Origin: an uncultured Verrucomicrobiae bacterium
GTDB lineage: Bacteria > Verrucomicrobiota > Verrucomicrobiia > Palsa-1439
Length of the DNA stretch: 64,000 bases
NCBI GenBank assembly: GCA_963812605.1
Contig: CAWEWF010000006.1
Coordinates: 1 to 64,000, forward strand
Reading direction: 5' to 3'
Positions 1 through 10,754 of this stretch are shown piece by piece. Within the stretch, counting starts at the first letter, position 1; the number at the start of each line of letters is the position of its first letter. The notes below the pieces were generated by a model. It had not been told where the DNA came from, searched no databases, and saw only the letters and a list, made by a program, of their open reading frames with translations. The translations under genes were made by a program, and so were the position numbers.

Positions 1-569
1 TCGTCGAAATTGTTGATGAAGGTGGTGATGGCGCCGGGAAGAAACTGGCCGCCGCCGCTGCCACACCCATCTCCGCCCGGTGGCGGTCCCTTGGACGGAT
101 CCATTGACCCCGAAGTGTCCAGCACCAGCGTCATATAGACATTGGCGCGGGTGGCTTCCGCGGATGATGCCACCGCCAGCGTGGCCCACTGCGGCAGGAC
201 GCGGATGAAAAAGGTATTGATGCTGACCGTGGCCGAGACATCCACTACTTCGTTGTTGTTGGCATCCGTGAAGATCTGGACGGTGACGTTGGGATCCGCG
301 ACGTCGCGACCCGAGGTGCCATAGTTCAGGGCAAACGTCCTCATGGCCACTGTCTGGGCGGTATTCGACCCATGAGAAAGATTCATGACGCCCATCAGGG
401 CCGCGGCGTCAACCGCCTTCGATAAATTTGCCTGGGTGATGTAAGAGAAGCCCAGGTCCACGCCCAATCCAATGAACAGGATCAGCACGACCATCAGGAG
501 CACGAAGAGCACCATGACCTGGCCGCGGTCCCTGCGTGATCCAGCACAGTTCGGCGTAGAGTTCTTCAT
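1..569 (-). CDS. TadG-like pseudopilin with vWA domain (5' part; runs off window start)
   Basis: Manual translation from ATG at 569: MKNSTPNCAGSRRDRGQVMVLFVLLMVVLILFIGLGVDLGFSYITQANLSKAVDAAAL...LVLDTSGSM. It has the Tad prepilin RGQ + hydrophobic helix and the MIDAS DxSxS motif, and is a paralog of 712..1967. Confidence 0.85.
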   Translation of the reverse strand, partial: MKNSTPNCAGSRRDRGQVMVLFVLLMVVLILFIGLGVDLGFSYITQANLSKAVDAAALMGVMNLSHGSNTAQTVAMRTFALNYGTSGRDVADPNVTVQIFTDANNNEVVDVSATVSINTFFIRVLPQWATLAVASSAEATRANVYMTLVLDTSGSMDPSKGPPPGGDGCGSGGGQFLPGAITTFINNFD

Positions 570-711
570 CTATCGTTCTCCCCAGCGATCAGAGAAAATA
601 CCACCAACCGGATGTTACCAGATGAGGGGGGGTCTTGCCAAACAGTTTCGCTGTAGGGAAACCAGTGAAAACCGTCCAACGGGGAGAGAGATCAACCGGC
701 GCTACGCGGGC

Positions 712-1967
712 CTACTTGGTCAGTCGCAGCAGGATTTTGGTTGCGATCTGGTCGAAAACGGCTTGCAGTTGACTGGCAGTGCCGGCGAACTCGGCTTCGC
801 CGGCGATTTGGTTCGGATTGTATAACGACCCCGTCGGATCATTGGCGATGTTCTTTAAGAAGTCCTGGTTGGGATCGGTACCCACACCAATCGAGTAAAC
901 GAGAATGTTTGCCGAACGTATTTGGTTGGCCACGCTCAAAGCATGCAACTGTCCCTCGGTCCAGACGTTTTGGGTATTTGGGTCGATCGCCTTGGTGGTG
1001 CCGTCGATCGATTTGAACGTGGTATCACTGCACGACGGATCGGGTCCACCCGCCGGATCTATAAACTCCGTGCTCCATGGGGCACCCGCGGTCGTCGTAC
1101 CGTTAAATGTGGGATCGCCCTGCCCAAGGATGATGGGAGCGGTGCGACAATTGAAATTGGTCTCGAACGTGTTGGCAAACCCATCGGTAAAGAAGATGAC
1201 CACTTTTACGACGGTTTCGCCCGTCGATCCCGCTGTGTTATTGACCTGCCCGAATCCAATCATCAAGCCGCCCTCGGAAAATGTTCTGCCATTCCAGCTC
1301 AGGGCATTGGCCGCAGTCGTGATCGCGCTCTTGAATGGCTGTCCCATCGGAAAGTTCGTTATGGCTGTCGATCCAAAACTAGCCATGGACGCCTTATCGA
1401 GACTGTCGTCAAAATGACTGATGAAGCTGCTCACTGCACCAGGAAGAAACTGCGCCGCCACCACTACCGCATGGGCGGAGGACAGCCCATCGATCCCGAG
1501 TGATCCAATACCAGCCCCATGATCACGTTGGCCCGCGTGGCCTCCGCTGCGGAACCCACTGCCAGCGTCGCCCATTGGGGCAGAACGCGAATGAAATAGG
1601 TGTGAATGGAAACGGTCGCATTCACGTCGATCACGATGTTTTTATTGACGGTATTGAAGGTCACGGTAACAGCCGGCGCCGCGACGTCGCGGCCCGAGGT
1701 TCCGTAGTTGGCGAAAAAGGCGCTTTGGGCCGCAGTAGTGGCCGCGGTCTGGCCATTCAACAGGTTACGTACTCCCGTCAGGCAGGCGGAATCCACCGCC
1801 TTCGACAGCCTGGCCCGGGTGATGTAGGCAAACCCCAGATCGACGCCGAGGCCGACGAAAACAATCAAGACAATCATGAAGAGCACGAACATCAAAAGCG
1901 TCTGTCCACGCTCGGCACGGATGATATGAGCGGATTTCCTGCGCATCGCATTGACCTTGGAGTTCAT
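712..1967 (-). CDS. TadG-like pseudopilin with vWA domain (apparent frameshift near 1450-1480)
   Basis: ORF 1464..1967 (ERGQTLLMFVLF..., LVLDHSGSM) joins ORF 712..1575 (IFFTDGFAN, VYSIGVG). Comparison with the paralogs (CGSGGG..LPGAV) implies two extra bases. Confidence 0.85.
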
Positions 1968-1973
1968 TGAAAC

Positions 1974-2525
1974 CTAAAAATACGCCGCATCGTAAAGCGT
2001 ATTGGTCATGTTGAAGTTCAACAGTTGGCCAATCGGGGTCGCCGCCTGGTATTTGTAGAACACTTCGCTGACGAACATGGTTTGATTCGATTGCGGAATC
2101 TGATACGTGGTGAAGGGCACCGTCACCGTGCTCCCCACGCCACCCGGAGCGATTCGGCTGGGGGCCGTGTTGGAGAGTGCCCCCTCCATGATTTGGTTGG
2201 TGACCAGGTAATTGCCATTGCTATTGAGCACTGCCGTGATAATCACCAATCCATTGGTATCGATGGAGAGTGGGGCGTCTCCCTCAATCACGGCGTTAAT
2301 CGCGTTGGACATCGCTGCGTCGGGGGTGCTTCCCGTGCCGCGGGCGGCCAAATTGGCCGCTTCCCGGGACAGGTTGATAAGCACCTGACGGGTGGAAATC
2401 GCGCGGCAGAAATCGATCATGCCGAACAACATGAACAGCAGGATGAACCCCACGAACATGAATTCAATCAACGCCTGACCGGATCGCTCGCGGCTTCTTG
2501 ATGCCCAGTTGCGCAAACGGTTCAT
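1974..2525 (-). CDS. TadE/TadF-like pseudopilin
   Basis: SGQALIEF prepilin motif + TM helix, SREAANLAAR. Confidence 0.85.
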   Translation of the reverse strand: MNRLRNWASRSRERSGQALIEFMFVGFILLFMLFGMIDFCRAISTRQVLINLSREAANLAARGTGSTPDAAMSNAINAVIEGDAPLSIDTNGLVIITAVLNSNGNYLVTNQIMEGALSNTAPSRIAPGGVGSTVTVPFTTYQIPQSNQTMFVSEVFYKYQAATPIGQLLNFNMTNTLYDAAYF

Positions 2526-2534
2526 GGTTGTCTC

Positions 2535-3020
2535 CTAGTTCGCCTGGCTGAAGTCAAAGGGTTCGTTTCGGAATGACGTCTGGACGGTAAACGTGTACGT
2601 CTGGCTCGGCCCGAAGAACCTGCCAATCATGGGGGTGATTAGCTTCAGGTTTGTCGTCAGGGATACGACGACGGTGTCACCAGGATTCCCCGCAAACCCG
2701 CTCACACCGCCGCTGCTAATCGAGATATTGGATACATCGATCCCGATCGCCTTTTGTTGGGCGATGGCCTTGATGGAGGCTACCCGGGTAATATTGGTCC
2801 CGCCCTGCGACATATGCTGGCCGGTCACGGCGTAGCGTCCCGCTTCCCGTAAGGCAAATTGCAGTGTTTCCTGCGTGAAGAACAACCGTCCAAAATCCGT
2901 GATGCCGAAGACGAGGAGAAAAAACAGGGGGGCGACCAGGGCAAACTCGACAAGCGACTGGCCCCTCCGCGATCGAACGGCTTGGCCGAGATTAGGCTCT
3001 TTACCGGTTGACAGTTTCAT
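2535..3020 (-). CDS. TadE-like pseudopilin
   Basis: RGQSLVEFALVAPLFFLLVFGITDFG...ALREAGRYA. Confidence 0.9.
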   Translation of the reverse strand: MKLSTGKEPNLGQAVRSRRGQSLVEFALVAPLFFLLVFGITDFGRLFFTQETLQFALREAGRYAVTGQHMSQGGTNITRVASIKAIAQQKAIGIDVSNISISSGGVSGFAGNPGDTVVVSLTTNLKLITPMIGRFFGPSQTYTFTVQTSFRNEPFDFSQAN

Positions 3021-3091
3021 AATCCTCTTCCCCCCCGTGTTTCACGATCCTCAGTAACCAAGCGTACCACGCAGGTTCCATCTGTGCATAG

Positions 3092-3107
3092 CGCATTTTC
3101 CGTGCCC
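3092..3107 (-). promoter_or_regulatory. putative sigma-54 (-24/-12) promoter of the tad cluster
   Basis: Minus strand GGGCACGGAAAATGCG = GG-N10-GC, close to TGGCACG-N4-TTGC. Confidence 0.5.
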
Positions 3108-3251
3108 GTTCCCATTGATGGAAGGCAGGTTAATCCAAACTGTCGCGAGCGACCGCCGTGTAAGTCAAGTCTGGCGGGTGCTAATCCGATACGCCTCTTT
3201 TTTGGGCATTTTGAAGCCTCTCTAGCAGGAAAGTTGCCCACTCACCCGCGT

Positions 3252-3301
3252 TGTTCAACGTGTGAACAGAAATGTTCGAAAAATGTCAACGTAGTTGAAC
3301 A
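3252..3301. promoter_or_regulatory. two TGT-N11/12-ACA palindromes, putative enhancer-binding-protein sites
   Basis: TGTTCA-ACGTG-TGAACA (3252-3268) and TGTCAACGTAGTTGAACA (3284-3301), ~150-190 bp upstream of the putative sigma-54 site. Confidence 0.4.
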
Positions 3302-3369
3302 TCCCGAGCCGTCAATTTCGCAAGAGTTTTGTCAATTCGGCGAAACTTTCTCATTGGCCGGGATGGCGG

Positions 3370-4008
3370 CTATGAACCCTTCCGCCATCGGGACCGATAA
3401 ACTTCCTTTCCCGCGACAATAAACTTACGCTCAAAGTCAGTCTGCGCCTCCTCAGGCAATGGCACTGGCTCCTCTTTTATAAACCCGCCACTTTTCTGAA
3501 ACTCTCGCTGGATCCACTCGAAATACTCTTGATGATCAGTAGCGCAATTGACGATACCGCCGGCTGCCAGCGTGCGGTGCACGTCCGCAAGAAATGGCGC
3601 GGCAATAAGTCGCCGTCCGCGATGTCTGCGCTTCGGCCATGGATCGGGGAATAAAACGTGATACGCCGAAACCGAATGGTCGGGAATGACCTTGGAAACC
3701 AGGTAGGTCGATTCAATCCGCAGGAGCTGCAGGTTCTGCAAGCCGGCGCGGACCGCCCTGCGGTCCACCCGCCGCAATCGTCGCAACAACCGATCCACAC
3801 CCACAAAATTTCGGTGCGGCTGCGTATGCGCCGCCCAAAACAAGAACGATCCTTTGCCGCACCCCACGTCAATTTCAAGGGGCTGCTCCTGCGGAAATAC
3901 CCTTTTCCAATCCAGTGGTTCAAACCAGTTGGCCGGGGTATAGATCACGGATGGGCTGGCGGGAGACAATGGCTCGCCGGGCTTGCGGGTCAATTCAGTA
4001 ATTGGCAT
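3370..4008 (-). CDS. trmB: tRNA (guanine-N7)-methyltransferase
   Basis: LEIDVGCGKGSF, FPDPWPKRRHRGRRL, ATDHQEY, TDFERKF. Confidence 0.93.
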   Translation of the reverse strand: MPITELTRKPGEPLSPASPSVIYTPANWFEPLDWKRVFPQEQPLEIDVGCGKGSFLFWAAHTQPHRNFVGVDRLLRRLRRVDRRAVRAGLQNLQLLRIESTYLVSKVIPDHSVSAYHVLFPDPWPKRRHRGRRLIAAPFLADVHRTLAAGGIVNCATDHQEYFEWIQREFQKSGGFIKEEPVPLPEEAQTDFERKFIVAGKEVYRSRWRKGS

Positions 4009-4076
4009 TCCTGGCCCAGTGTAGGGATCGAATGCAGTCGTGGCAAGCCGTCGCTGCCGTCCAGCAAAGAGGAAGG

Positions 4077-4152
4077 TGGTGGCTAGGGACGGGATCGAAC
4101 CGCCGACACCTGCATTTTCAGTGCAGTGCTCTACCAGCTGAGCTACCTAGCC
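4077..4152 (-). tRNA. tRNA-Phe (GAA)
   Basis: GGCTAGGTAGCTCAGCTGGTAGAGCACTGCACTGAAAATGCAGGTGTCGGCGGTTCGATCCCGTCCCTAGCCACCA: 76-nt cloverleaf, anticodon GAA, CCA end. Upstream promoter-like TTGACA-17-TAAACA. Confidence 0.97.
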
Positions 4153-4351
4153 GCGCGATGGTTTCCGCGAAATGGCCTTTATGTTTATCGCACGCGTTAC
4201 GGAGTGTCAAGGTCGCGGGTCAGCTTGTCCCAAAGAATGGCGCGCTGTCACACTTGCCATTGGCCAGAGTGGCACAAACAGCTATCCATCGTTCCCCGTG
4301 TTATTGCAAAAGTCATTCGCCTACAGCTTGTTACCAATGTTCCCTAGAGCC

Positions 4352-4367
4352 GGGCATAAGCTCTGCT
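4352..4367 (+). promoter_or_regulatory. putative sigma-54 promoter of hsp20
   Basis: GGGCATAAGCTCTGCT = GG-N10-GC; TATAAT immediately downstream (4371-4376). Confidence 0.4.
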
Positions 4368-4410
4368 AAGTATAATTCTCGAAGAAAAAACAGAAATGGA
4401 GGTGTTCGAT

Positions 4411-4865
4411 ATGGCACTTATTCGCTGGAGTCCACGCAGGGATCTTTGGGATCCGTTTGGCAGTCTCGCGGAGATTCAAAATGAGATGAACCGGTTGTTT
4501 GAACGTCGCTACGACATCCGAAAGGTCTGGACGCGGTATTCAGTCCATCGATTGATGTCGTTGTCGAGAAGGACAACGTGGTCGTCAAAGCTGATTTGCC
4601 CGGCCTGACCAAGGATGACATCACGGTGACGTTGCAGGACGACTATCTCACGATCAAAGGCGAGAAGAAGCACGAAGTCGAGCAGCAGGAAGCCAACTAC
4701 TTCCTGAGTGAGCGCGTTCACGGTTCTTTCACGCGTACCGTCGAATTACCGATGGCGGTAAATGCGAAGAGCATCGACGCGCGGTTCAAAGATGGCGTGC
4801 TTCATGTCACGTTGCCGAAGACCGAAGAAGCCAGGCCGAAGCAGATCGAAGTGAAGGTCAACTAA
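4411..4865 (+). CDS. Hsp20/alpha-crystallin small heat-shock protein (frameshift near 4510)
   Basis: MALIRWSPRRDLWDPF..EMNRLF joins VKADLPGL..LTIKGEKK..ERVHGSFTR..FKDGVLHVTLPK; GGAGG SD. Confidence 0.9.
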
Positions 4866-4876
4866 CGGCCCGTAGT

Positions 4877-5416
4877 TCAACCGCCAGGGCTGGGCTCGCT
4901 TGCGGGCTCGGCCTTGACGTTTCCGGCGGTCGGCTGCAGCAATGCGGCCACTTCCTCTTGCACATGCGCCAGTTGATCCAGGCGCAGATGCGGATCGGGT
5001 AGCGTGAAGGATTCTCCCGTGCGCGCATGTTCGTAGACCAGCAAATCGTTCCCATTTTCTTCACGCACGGTGTCACGGTGCTTGAGAATCCGTTTCCGCT
5101 CCAACATGACCGCCAGGATGTATCGCGCCGTTTCGTGTGACGGGTCGGTCGATTCGACCAGTTTTCTTAGCAGTGTTTCGGCCGTTTCCTTCTGGATCGG
5201 CTCTGGTGGGGGCGGTGGCGGCATTTTGTATTCGCCCTGCCAATACGAACCCACGCCATCTCGCGACGTGCTCGCAAAGCAGGCGCCACACAGGTCGCGC
5301 CGCGTGTAGCCGGCTGCGTCGACGCTCAAGAGCGTGTGGTACGCCTCCTTGTCCGTAAACGGACGTAGGCAGGCCGTGCAGGCATCCGCGCGAGATTGAA
5401 TGTCCCATTCGGTCAT
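4877..5416 (-). CDS. conserved hypothetical protein with CxxC pairs
   Basis: 179-aa ORF, CTAC/CGAC, YILAVMLERKRILK; promoter-like GTGACA-17-TATAAT upstream. Confidence 0.75.
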   Translation of the reverse strand: MTEWDIQSRADACTACLRPFTDKEAYHTLLSVDAAGYTRRDLCGACFASTSRDGVGSYWQGEYKMPPPPPPEPIQKETAETLLRKLVESTDPSHETARYILAVMLERKRILKHRDTVREENGNDLLVYEHARTGESFTLPDPHLRLDQLAHVQEEVAALLQPTAGNVKAEPASEPSPGG

Positions 5417-5487
5417 TTTTGTTGCGAAATCCGGGGCCGATTATAAGATGCATCCGATTGTTTGTCACGTTTTGCATGGACTTCTCG

Positions 5488-6952
5488 ATGAGAAAAATTT
5501 TCTGTCTCGCCCTGCTTGCCGCGTTCGCTTGCGGCTGTGGTCGCAAATCGACTGGCGAAAATGCCTTCGCCAAGGGGATCGCGTATTACAAAGAGGACAA
5601 GTTCGACAAGGCCATTCCCTACTTTGAGCAGGCGCTGACCTCCATGCAGACCAATGCGCTCGCATTGAATTTTCTCGGCGTCTGTCACCTTAAGCAAGGC
5701 GAAACCGCAGCGGGCCTGGCGAACCTGCAGGACGCCGTGAAACTTGACCCAGCCTATGTTCCGGCGCGCTACAACCTCGCGCTGGCAGAACTCGAAGAGG
5801 GGCACGCCGAAGATGCGGTGGCGAATCTTCGGCAAGCTTCGCAGAACGGTTCCGCGCCCGCTGAACGTCTACTACCAACTCGGTCTCGCCTATATGGGTG
5901 TCTCGGCCTGGGGCCAGGCGGAAGAGGCGTTCAAACATCACCTGCAATCCAATCCAAATTCCGCCGATACGCTCAACTGCCTCGGCATCGTTGCCGCCCG
6001 CAAGCGCGAGTTCCCCCTGTCCCAGCGCTACTTCGAACAGGCCATCGCCGCCGACGCGAAGTTCGCCACGGCCTACCTGAATCTCGCGTCTCTTGAGAAT
6101 CGCCAGCTCGCCCATAAGAAGGAAGCGCTCGCACACTACGAAACGTACCTCGGGTTGCTCCCCAAGTCGCAGCCGCGCGAAGATGTTCGCCTCGCCATGC
6201 TCCAAATCAACCAGGAATTGGCGGCGGAAGCGAAGCAACCGCCCAGAGCAACCGAATTACCGAAAACGACCAAGCCTCCGGAGCCGCCAGCTCCTCCCGC
6301 CGCCGAAGTCGCGCCGACACCCAAACCTGCCACCCAGCAGCCGGCAACCCCCGCGCCGAAACCGGTGGTGGCGGCTCCCGAGCAGCCATCCGTTACCGCA
6401 ACGGTAGTTTCGGCAACGCCACCATCACCACCGGTACCGGTGAAGAAAATGCGCACATCCATGGCCGTCAAGGCCCTCAAACCCGGTAATCGCGCGAACG
6501 CGACGGCGTACTACAATGAAGGTGTTCGATACCAACAGAGCCAGCCAACCACGGCGATTGCCAACTACACGAAGGCCGTGGCTGCCGACCCGACCTTCGC
6601 CAAAGCGTACTATAATCTCGGCATTGCCTACAGCAATGCCGGTCAGCCCGAACGCGCGCTGGAGAATTATGAAATGGCGCTCCTTGCCGACCCGAACTAC
6701 GTGGATGCCCGTTTCAATTATGCGATTCTGTTGCGCGAGCAGGGTTACACCGACGATGCCGTCATCCAATTGGAAAAAATGATTGCGGAAAACCCCAACG
6801 ATGCGTCCGCCCACTTGTCAGTGGCCACCATCTACGCCCACGATCGCGCGACCTTTGCCAAAGCGCGCGAACATTATCTGGCATTCCTGCGACTCTCGCC
6901 GAATTCTCCGCCAGCCCGTGACATCCGCCGCTGGCTCGACCAGAATCCTTGA
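5488..6952 (+). CDS. TPR-repeat lipoprotein with Pro-rich linker (frameshift near 5860)
   Basis: Lipobox-like LAAFACGC; many TPR motifs (ARYNLALA, AYYNLGIAY) across ORFs 5419..6096 and 5744..6952. Confidence 0.85.
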
Positions 6953-7200
6953 GAGGCAGCGCTTTGCTCACGTCGCGCGACTTTGCTGGTAGTACCACTA
7001 GAGTTGCGTCGCATTGCCGCCCTCATCAAGGTTTTCCTCACGCACAGACTCTTCACCGTGGAGTGAAATGTAGGGTTGATTTGTACACATTGGGATAGCG
7101 GATCTACAGGGGTTTTTGAAGATTCAGGCGGTCGGCTCGTTTGGCTTGCTTCGCAGTCGGATCAGTAGCAGAATTTGGGCGTTGCGTACGGGAGTTCGGG

Positions 7201-7746
7201 ATGATGATGGAGAAACCGTCAATTATTAACCCGCCTGCTGGAGCGAATAAAAGAAACTCCATCTTCGTGGGATTGGCAGTACTGTTTGTGATAGTACCCT
7301 TTGGACTCTGTGTGCTGCATGTCGCTAAAAAACTTGAACCTGTGCGAGAGGAGCCAAGATTTCTCCAGCAATTCCATGACAACCGTGATGCGTTTGAACA
7401 GCTTCTTACGATGCTCCTAGCCGATGCCAAGGTGAAAAACATCTCAAACTCTGAAACGCAACCGTTCTACTCCTCAGCGAATGAAATCTCTGCGACTCGG
7501 TTAGAAGAGTACAAGTTTCTGATGAGGAGGGCTGGAGTTAGGAGTGCCTTTCGGGATGGAGATGATCTCGGTTTCTCGGTTGCATCGTGGGGCGGCTTAG
7601 ACCACGGCTGGAGCATTTCTGTCACTTGGCGACAAGAACCACCAACAAATACGGTTGCCAGCCTAGATAGCCCCCGCAAGAATCCGCTTGATCGTGCCTA
7701 CCGGCATATTGATGGCAACTGGTATCTTCGGCTTGTAAGAATATGA
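7201..7746 (+). CDS. hypothetical membrane-anchored protein (AT-richer orphan)
   Basis: N-terminal TM (IFVGLAVLFVIVPFGLCVL), C-terminal AYRHIDGNWYL; codon usage differs from neighbours. Confidence 0.7.
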   Translation: MMMEKPSIINPPAGANKRNSIFVGLAVLFVIVPFGLCVLHVAKKLEPVREEPRFLQQFHDNRDAFEQLLTMLLADAKVKNISNSETQPFYSSANEISATRLEEYKFLMRRAGVRSAFRDGDDLGFSVASWGGLDHGWSISVTWRQEPPTNTVASLDSPRKNPLDRAYRHIDGNWYLRLVRI

Positions 7747-7976
7747 CGGTACCAAACGCTTCGCCTTCGCCAACGACAACCCGCTGACAACTCCGATGCG
7801 TAGCACTTTCGTCCTCGAATCCTGATTTGTACGCATAAGCTACCTCACAAAATCGTCAATGTTTGCAGGCATTTCCTGAGCAAAACGCTTTTTATGCGTG
7901 TTGGTATCGCGGGGGTATGATTTGTGTAAACATTTCCCAGGTCGCGCGCCGAGCTCGAACTAGCCAAGAACCATCG

Positions 7977-9413
7977 TCACCGAAATGTCTCGGCGAGCGC
8001 GATGGCCTTGAGCATCGCCTTGGATTTGTTCACGGTTTCCTGAAATTCATACTTCGGGTCGCTGTCCGCCACGATGCCGCCGCCGGCTTGCACATAAGCG
8101 ATCCCGTCCTTCAGCAGCGCCGTCCGCAACGTGATGCAGCTATCGACGTTGCCGTTGAAGCTGAAGTAGCCCACCGCGCCCGCGTACGGTCCGCGCTGGG
8201 TCTGCTCCTGCCCGCTGATGATCTGCATCGCGCGAATCTTCGGCGCGCCGCTGACCGTTCCCGCCGGGAACGTCGCGCGCATCAGGTCGTACGAGGTGCG
8301 GCCCTTTTGCAGTTTCCCTTCCACGCCGCTGACGATGTGCATGACGTGGGAGTATTTCTCAATGACCATGAACTCGGGCACACGCACACTGCCAAAATCG
8401 CAGACGCGTCCAATATCATTGCGCGCCAGGTCCACGAGCATCAGGTGCTCGGCGCGTTCTTTCTCATCCGCCAGTAAATCTTTCTCCAAACGCTCGTCTT
8501 CCTCGGGCGTTTTCCCGCGCCACCGCGTGCCGGCGATGGGGCGAATCTCCACCTTGCCGTCCTCACAGCGCACGTGCACTTCCGGCGACGCGCCCACGAG
8601 CTGGAAATCCCCGAAATCGAGCAGAAACATATACGGCGACGGGTTAACGGAACGCAGGGCGCGATACACATCGAGGGCCGAGGATTTCAGGGGCGTTTGG
8701 AATCGCTGGGCCAGCACCACCTGGATGATGTCCCCGGCTTTGATGTATTCCTGCGCCTGCGCGACCATCCCGGCATAACGCTCCGTCGTCATGTTCGATT
8801 CGACCGGGACGTTAGGAGCATCCTTCTGAAATTCCAGCGGCGGCGAGGCCAGCGGCTGCGACAGTTGCCCCAGGAGACGCTCGATCTGCGAGCAGGCGCG
8901 GGTGTAGGCGTGCGCGGCATCGCCTTCCACGTGGGCGTTGGCCATGATCTTGATGGTCTGGCTGACGCGGTCGAAGATCAGGATCGTGTCGGTGATCATG
9001 AAACAGAGCGTCGGCGTGCCAAGGTCGTCCCGCTGCGGGCGCGGCACACTGGGTTCGATCTGGTGGATGTATTCGTAGCCGATGAACCCGACCGCCCCGC
9101 CGGTGAATCGCGGCAATCCCGGCAGGGTGACGGGTTTGTACTTCGACATTTCCAATTCCACGGCGCGCAACGCGTCATCGCCGCTGCGCTGGGCAACGCG
9201 AATCACCGTGCTCGGGTTGGTGCCGATGAACGAATAGCGTCCGATGCGTTCCCCGCCCTCCACGGATTCCAACAGAAACGACGGCCCCGTCTTGAGCAAC
9301 TTTTGATAGGCGGACACGGGCGTCTCCGCGTCGGCAATGATCTCGCGGTACACGGGGATCAAATTCCCGCGCTTCGCGTATTCCAGAAACTCAGCTTTTG
9401 ACGGAGTAAACAT
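7977..9413 (-). CDS. trpE: anthranilate synthase component I
   Basis: [61 protein letters not shown]. Confidence 0.96.
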   Translation of the reverse strand: MFTPSKAEFLEYAKRGNLIPVYREIIADAETPVSAYQKLLKTGPSFLLESVEGGERIGRYSFIGTNPSTVIRVAQRSGDDALRAVELEMSKYKPVTLPGLPRFTGGAVGFIGYEYIHQIEPSVPRPQRDDLGTPTLCFMITDTILIFDRVSQTIKIMANAHVEGDAAHAYTRACSQIERLLGQLSQPLASPPLEFQKDAPNVPVESNMTTERYAGMVAQAQEYIKAGDIIQVVLAQRFQTPLKSSALDVYRALRSVNPSPYMFLLDFGDFQLVGASPEVHVRCEDGKVEIRPIAGTRWRGKTPEEDERLEKDLLADEKERAEHLMLVDLARNDIGRVCDFGSVRVPEFMVIEKYSHVMHIVSGVEGKLQKGRTSYDLMRATFPAGTVSGAPKIRAMQIISGQEQTQRGPYAGAVGYFSFNGNVDSCITLRTALLKDGIAYVQAGGGIVADSDPKYEFQETVNKSKAMLKAIALAETFR

Positions 9414-9440
9414 GCTCTTGTCTGCCGCGGACAGCGCGTG

Positions 9441-9824
9441 TCATTTCTTCCCGTAGACCGTCTCCGGATCAACGAGCCGTGGTTCGGTCACTTTGACTTC
9501 GCCGTTGACGATGCTGCGGAAGAAACACGACTGGTATCCTTCGTGACAAGCCGCGCCGCTTTGTTCGACTTGAATCAACAAAGCGTCCTTGTCGCAATCG
9601 AAGGCGATGTCCTTCACCTTTTGCGTGTGGCCGCTCGTGGCGCCCTTGTGCCAGAGTTCCTTGCGCGAACGGCTCCAGAAAACCGTCTCGCCGATTTGCA
9701 GCGTCTTTTCCAACGATTCCCGGTTCATCCACGCCACCATCAAGACCCGTCCCGTCCCGTGCTCCTGCACAATGGCGGGAATGAGGCCGTTCGCGTCGTA
9801 TTTCAATTCATCGAGGACTTTCAT
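9441..9824 (-). CDS. hisI: phosphoribosyl-AMP cyclohydrolase
   Basis: [37 protein letters not shown]. Confidence 0.95.
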   Translation of the reverse strand: MKVLDELKYDANGLIPAIVQEHGTGRVLMVAWMNRESLEKTLQIGETVFWSRSRKELWHKGATSGHTQKVKDIAFDCDKDALLIQVEQSGAACHEGYQSCFFRSIVNGEVKVTEPRLVDPETVYGKK

Positions 9825-10579
9825 AGTCGCACACAAACACCCTTCTCTTGCAAAAACTGCTTAACATCACTGACCGTGTACTCGCCAAAATGGAAAACCG
9901 AAGCAGCCAAAACCGCATCCGCCTTTCCTTCCGCCAGCACCTCCACCATGTGCTCGAGCGTGCCGGCGCCGCCGCTGGCGATCACGGGAATGGGCACCGC
10001 TTCACTGATCGCGCGGGTCAACGCGACATCGTACCCTGCTTTTGTCCCATCGGCATCCATGCTGGTCAACAGGATTTCACCGGCGCCGAGCGCTTCCACG
10101 CGCTCTGCCCATTCCACCGCGTCGAGGCCGGTCGGCGTGCGACCGCCATGCGTGTACACCTCCCAATGTCCCGCGTTTCCCCGCTTGGCGTCGATGGCGA
10201 CGACGATGCATTGCGAACCAAACCGCTCCGCGCCGGCACGCACCACCTCGGGATTTTGCACGGCGGCGGTGTTCAAGCTTGTTTTGTCGGCGCCCGCCTT
10301 GAGCATCGCGCGGATATCCTCGACGTTGCGAATTCCGCCGCCAACCGTCAGCGGCATGAAACACTCGCTGGCGGTCCGTTCCACCACGTCGATCATCGTC
10401 GCGCGGTTCTCCGAGCTCGCCGTGATATCAAGGAACACCAGTTCATCCGCGCGCTGGCGATCATATTCCTTCGCGCATTCAACGGGATCGCCCGCGTCGC
10501 GCAGGTTCAGGAACTTCGTCCCCTTCACCACACGTCCGCGGTCCACGTCAAGACAGGGTATGATGCGTTTCGCCAGCAT
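9821..10579 (-). CDS. hisF: imidazole glycerol phosphate synthase cyclase subunit
   Basis: [44 protein letters not shown]. Confidence 0.97.
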   Translation of the reverse strand: MLAKRIIPCLDVDRGRVVKGTKFLNLRDAGDPVECAKEYDRQRADELVFLDITASSENRATMIDVVERTASECFMPLTVGGGIRNVEDIRAMLKAGADKTSLNTAAVQNPEVVRAGAERFGSQCIVVAIDAKRGNAGHWEVYTHGGRTPTGLDAVEWAERVEALGAGEILLTSMDADGTKAGYDVALTRAISEAVPIPVIASGGAGTLEHMVEVLAEGKADAVLAASVFHFGEYTVSDVKQFLQEKGVCVRL

Positions 10580-10654
10580 GAGGCGGGAACAATAGCGCAG
10601 CAACACCCCGGAATCCAGAATGAAGGTTACAACCCCTTATTTCAGGCCGCATCC

Positions 10655-10712
10655 TGTAGCCGCGAATCGCATTCGCGGCGCTTCCCGGCCGCGAAAATGT
10701 TTCGCGGCTACA
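10655..10712. repeat. GTAG-type REP doublet (REPIN-like)
   Basis: TGTAGCCGCGAATCGCATTCGCGGC...GCCGCGAAAATGTTTCGCGGCTACA; near-identical copy at 59763. Confidence 0.85.
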
Positions 10713-10754
10713 AAGGGCAACTGGCCCGTTGGTGGCAGGAGCAAGATGCACCCT

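Noticed and set aside
3252-3277. Verrucomicrobial LexA box (TGTTC-N4-GAACA)
   Set aside because: Spacer here is N7, so it does not fit.
4077-4152. tRNA-Phe as an integration site
   Set aside because: No duplicated tRNA 3' end or integrase was seen; the flanks are housekeeping genes.
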